From Nibricoccus sp. (GTDB lineage Bacteria; Verrucomicrobiota; Verrucomicrobiia; Opitutales; Opitutaceae), in the NCBI GenBank assembly GCA_047602425.1, contig JASGHG010000001.1, positions 4,512,001 to 4,576,000 on the forward strand: a stretch of 64,000 nucleotides of DNA. The letters are read 5' to 3'. How positions within the stretch are numbered: the first letter of the stretch is position 1; every line of letters starts with the position of its first letter. Positions 62,027-64,000 of the stretch are shown here, in pieces. The position numbers and the translations under genes are program-made. The notes beneath the pieces are model-generated. The model was not told the DNA's origin and ran no database searches. It saw only the letters and a program-made list of their open reading frames with translations.

Positions 62027-63279
62027 TCATGACTCAGCAGGGGGGTGGCGGTGGCGTGGCAGAAATTCAGGGCCTGTATGGTCCTTTTTCATTTCCGGAA
62101 AAATTGCTTCAGCAGATTTGGCTGCGTGGCGATTTTGACCAGGCGCGGGCTCGGACGACCGATGGACGTCCCGTCCGGGTTTTGCAGGTTGGACGTTGGA
62201 ACCGGTTGGGCGGCCCGGATTTTAAACAAGCGCGAATCGACATCGGCGGCGAAATCGTCTCGGGCGACGTGGAAATTCACCTACACGCAAGCGACTGGGC
62301 GGCGCACGGCCATTCGAGCGATCGAGGCTACGAACGTGTAGTGCTGCACGTGATACTTTTTCCAACCGATGAACTCGCAACCTTGGGTTGTGACGGCCAC
62401 AGGCTCCCGATTCTGCCATTGCTGCCATTGTTGAATCACGACTTGGAGGAATACGCAGCCGACGAAGCTATTGAACGATTGGCCGACCATCCCCTTGCAC
62501 AGGTGCGCAGTGAATTGCTTCAGATGGAACCAGCCCGCCTGCAACAGGAGTTGCAACGTCTTGCCGCGAGGCGCTGGGACCAAAAAGTGCACTTCGCAAA
62601 ATTGCGCGTGGGGCGACTCGGTTGGGACGCGGCCTGTCATCACACGGCATTGGAAATATTGGGTTACCGTTTCAATCGGGCTCCGATGCTCGCCGTGGCG
62701 ACCGCGTATCCGCTGGCCGAATGGGGGAGGGCGGACGCAAATTTTCTCAAAAACGTCCATGCTCGTTTCGACGACCGTTGGTACAAACAAAGTATTCGTC
62801 CGGCGAACCATCCCCGCGCTCGTCTACAACAATACGCTCAATGGGTGGCCGCGCGTCCCGACTGGCCTCAAAAATTACTGCGGCTCTCGGGCAAACTGCC
62901 ATCGTTGGAAATGGCGCACGCGTTTCAAACCGGCGCCGTCCGCCGGGCGCACCGGTGGCCCGAATTAACGAAGCAGCTCGTATCTCAGGTTTTCGGAGAT
63001 GCGGTCGGTGGCACGCGATTGAACACGCTGATCTGCGATGGCATGCTGCCGCTTCTCGCCAGTCAGCCGTCGGCCGTCGCTCTTTCCGGCCTTTGGTTTG
63101 CCTGGCCGCCGGGCGACATTCCGGCAAAATATGGCCGGACGCTTCGCGAATTGGGGATAGTTGACGCGCGTGTCCGACCGCTCAGTCATGGCGTCTTGCA
63201 AGGCCTCATTGGCTGGCTGCTCGCCAACGAATCGTCAGTCCAGCCCTCCTGCCCAACTCGGGACGGGAGCGGGGCTTGA
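62023..63279 (+). CDS. DUF2851-family protein
   Basis: EKLLQQIW, GPDF, GDVEIH...W..HGH..D..Y..VVLHV, RPANHP. Confidence 0.78.
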   Translation: MIMTQQGGGGGVAEIQGLYGPFSFPEKLLQQIWLRGDFDQARARTTDGRPVRVLQVGRWNRLGGPDFKQARIDIGGEIVSGDVEIHLHASDWAAHGHSSDRGYERVVLHVILFPTDELATLGCDGHRLPILPLLPLLNHDLEEYAADEAIERLADHPLAQVRSELLQMEPARLQQELQRLAARRWDQKVHFAKLRVGRLGWDAACHHTALEILGYRFNRAPMLAVATAYPLAEWGRADANFLKNVHARFDDRWYKQSIRPANHPRARLQQYAQWVAARPDWPQKLLRLSGKLPSLEMAHAFQTGAVRRAHRWPELTKQLVSQVFGDAVGGTRLNTLICDGMLPLLASQPSAVALSGLWFAWPPGDIPAKYGRTLRELGIVDARVRPLSHGVLQGLIGWLLANESSVQPSCPTRDGSGA

Positions 63280-63305
63280 CAACGCTTCCGGCCGAAAGCT
63301 AATTT
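63276..63305 (+). promoter_or_regulatory. Putative sigma70 promoter for nusA
   Basis: TTGACA (63276-63281), 18-nt spacer, TAATTT (63300-63305). Confidence 0.45.
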
Positions 63306-63336
63306 GTCCGACTCACACAACGTTCACTTTCCAAAA

Positions 63337-63362
63337 GTGGGCCTCTGGCCCGCTTTTTTTTT
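63337..63362 (+). terminator. Terminator hairpin upstream of nusA (possible attenuator)
   Basis: GTGGGCC-TCT-GGCCCGC followed by T9. Confidence 0.7.
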
Positions 63363-63383
63363 CCACATCATCCAAGCCTATTT

Positions 63384-64000
<617 letters not shown>

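Overview
GC-rich bacterial chromosomal window. Gene content and protein style suggest Verrucomicrobiota (Opitutaceae-like); this is an inference, not a database result. Most of it is housekeeping: gspB/gspA(exeA)-like, ftsB, UDP-sugar pyrophosphorylase, phosphosugar mutase, pdhABC, rho, coaE, comM, hom, sufU-sufS, queD, chrA, trhO-like, monomeric icd, a Mo-hydroxylase operon, ruvA, dapB-dapA, pilT/U-like, fabD, lepA-lepB and a partial nusA. There are two hybrid two-component systems. The strongest candidate for an undescribed system is 55732-61378. It holds a short, atypical YcaO enzyme and a 66-aa precursor with a Sec signal and two identical PDGGDEGPWEGL cores (7 synonymous, 0 non-synonymous differences). 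These face a divergent beta-propeller hybrid sensor kinase and a NarL/LuxR regulator, which suggests a RiPP-based peptide signalling circuit. Other accessory elements: a DUF4384/zinc-ribbon/caspase operon whose proteins share a G[GA]RD-hydrophobic motif, an intact IS481-family element (TIRs plus GGAGG target duplication) beside a 23-unit 21-nt degenerate array, an RxxxxH (HEPN-like) orphan after comM, a Rho with a long disordered N-terminus, and a terminator in the nusA leader. No rRNA, tRNA or CRISPR array was recognised. All family assignments come from motif recognition by eye.
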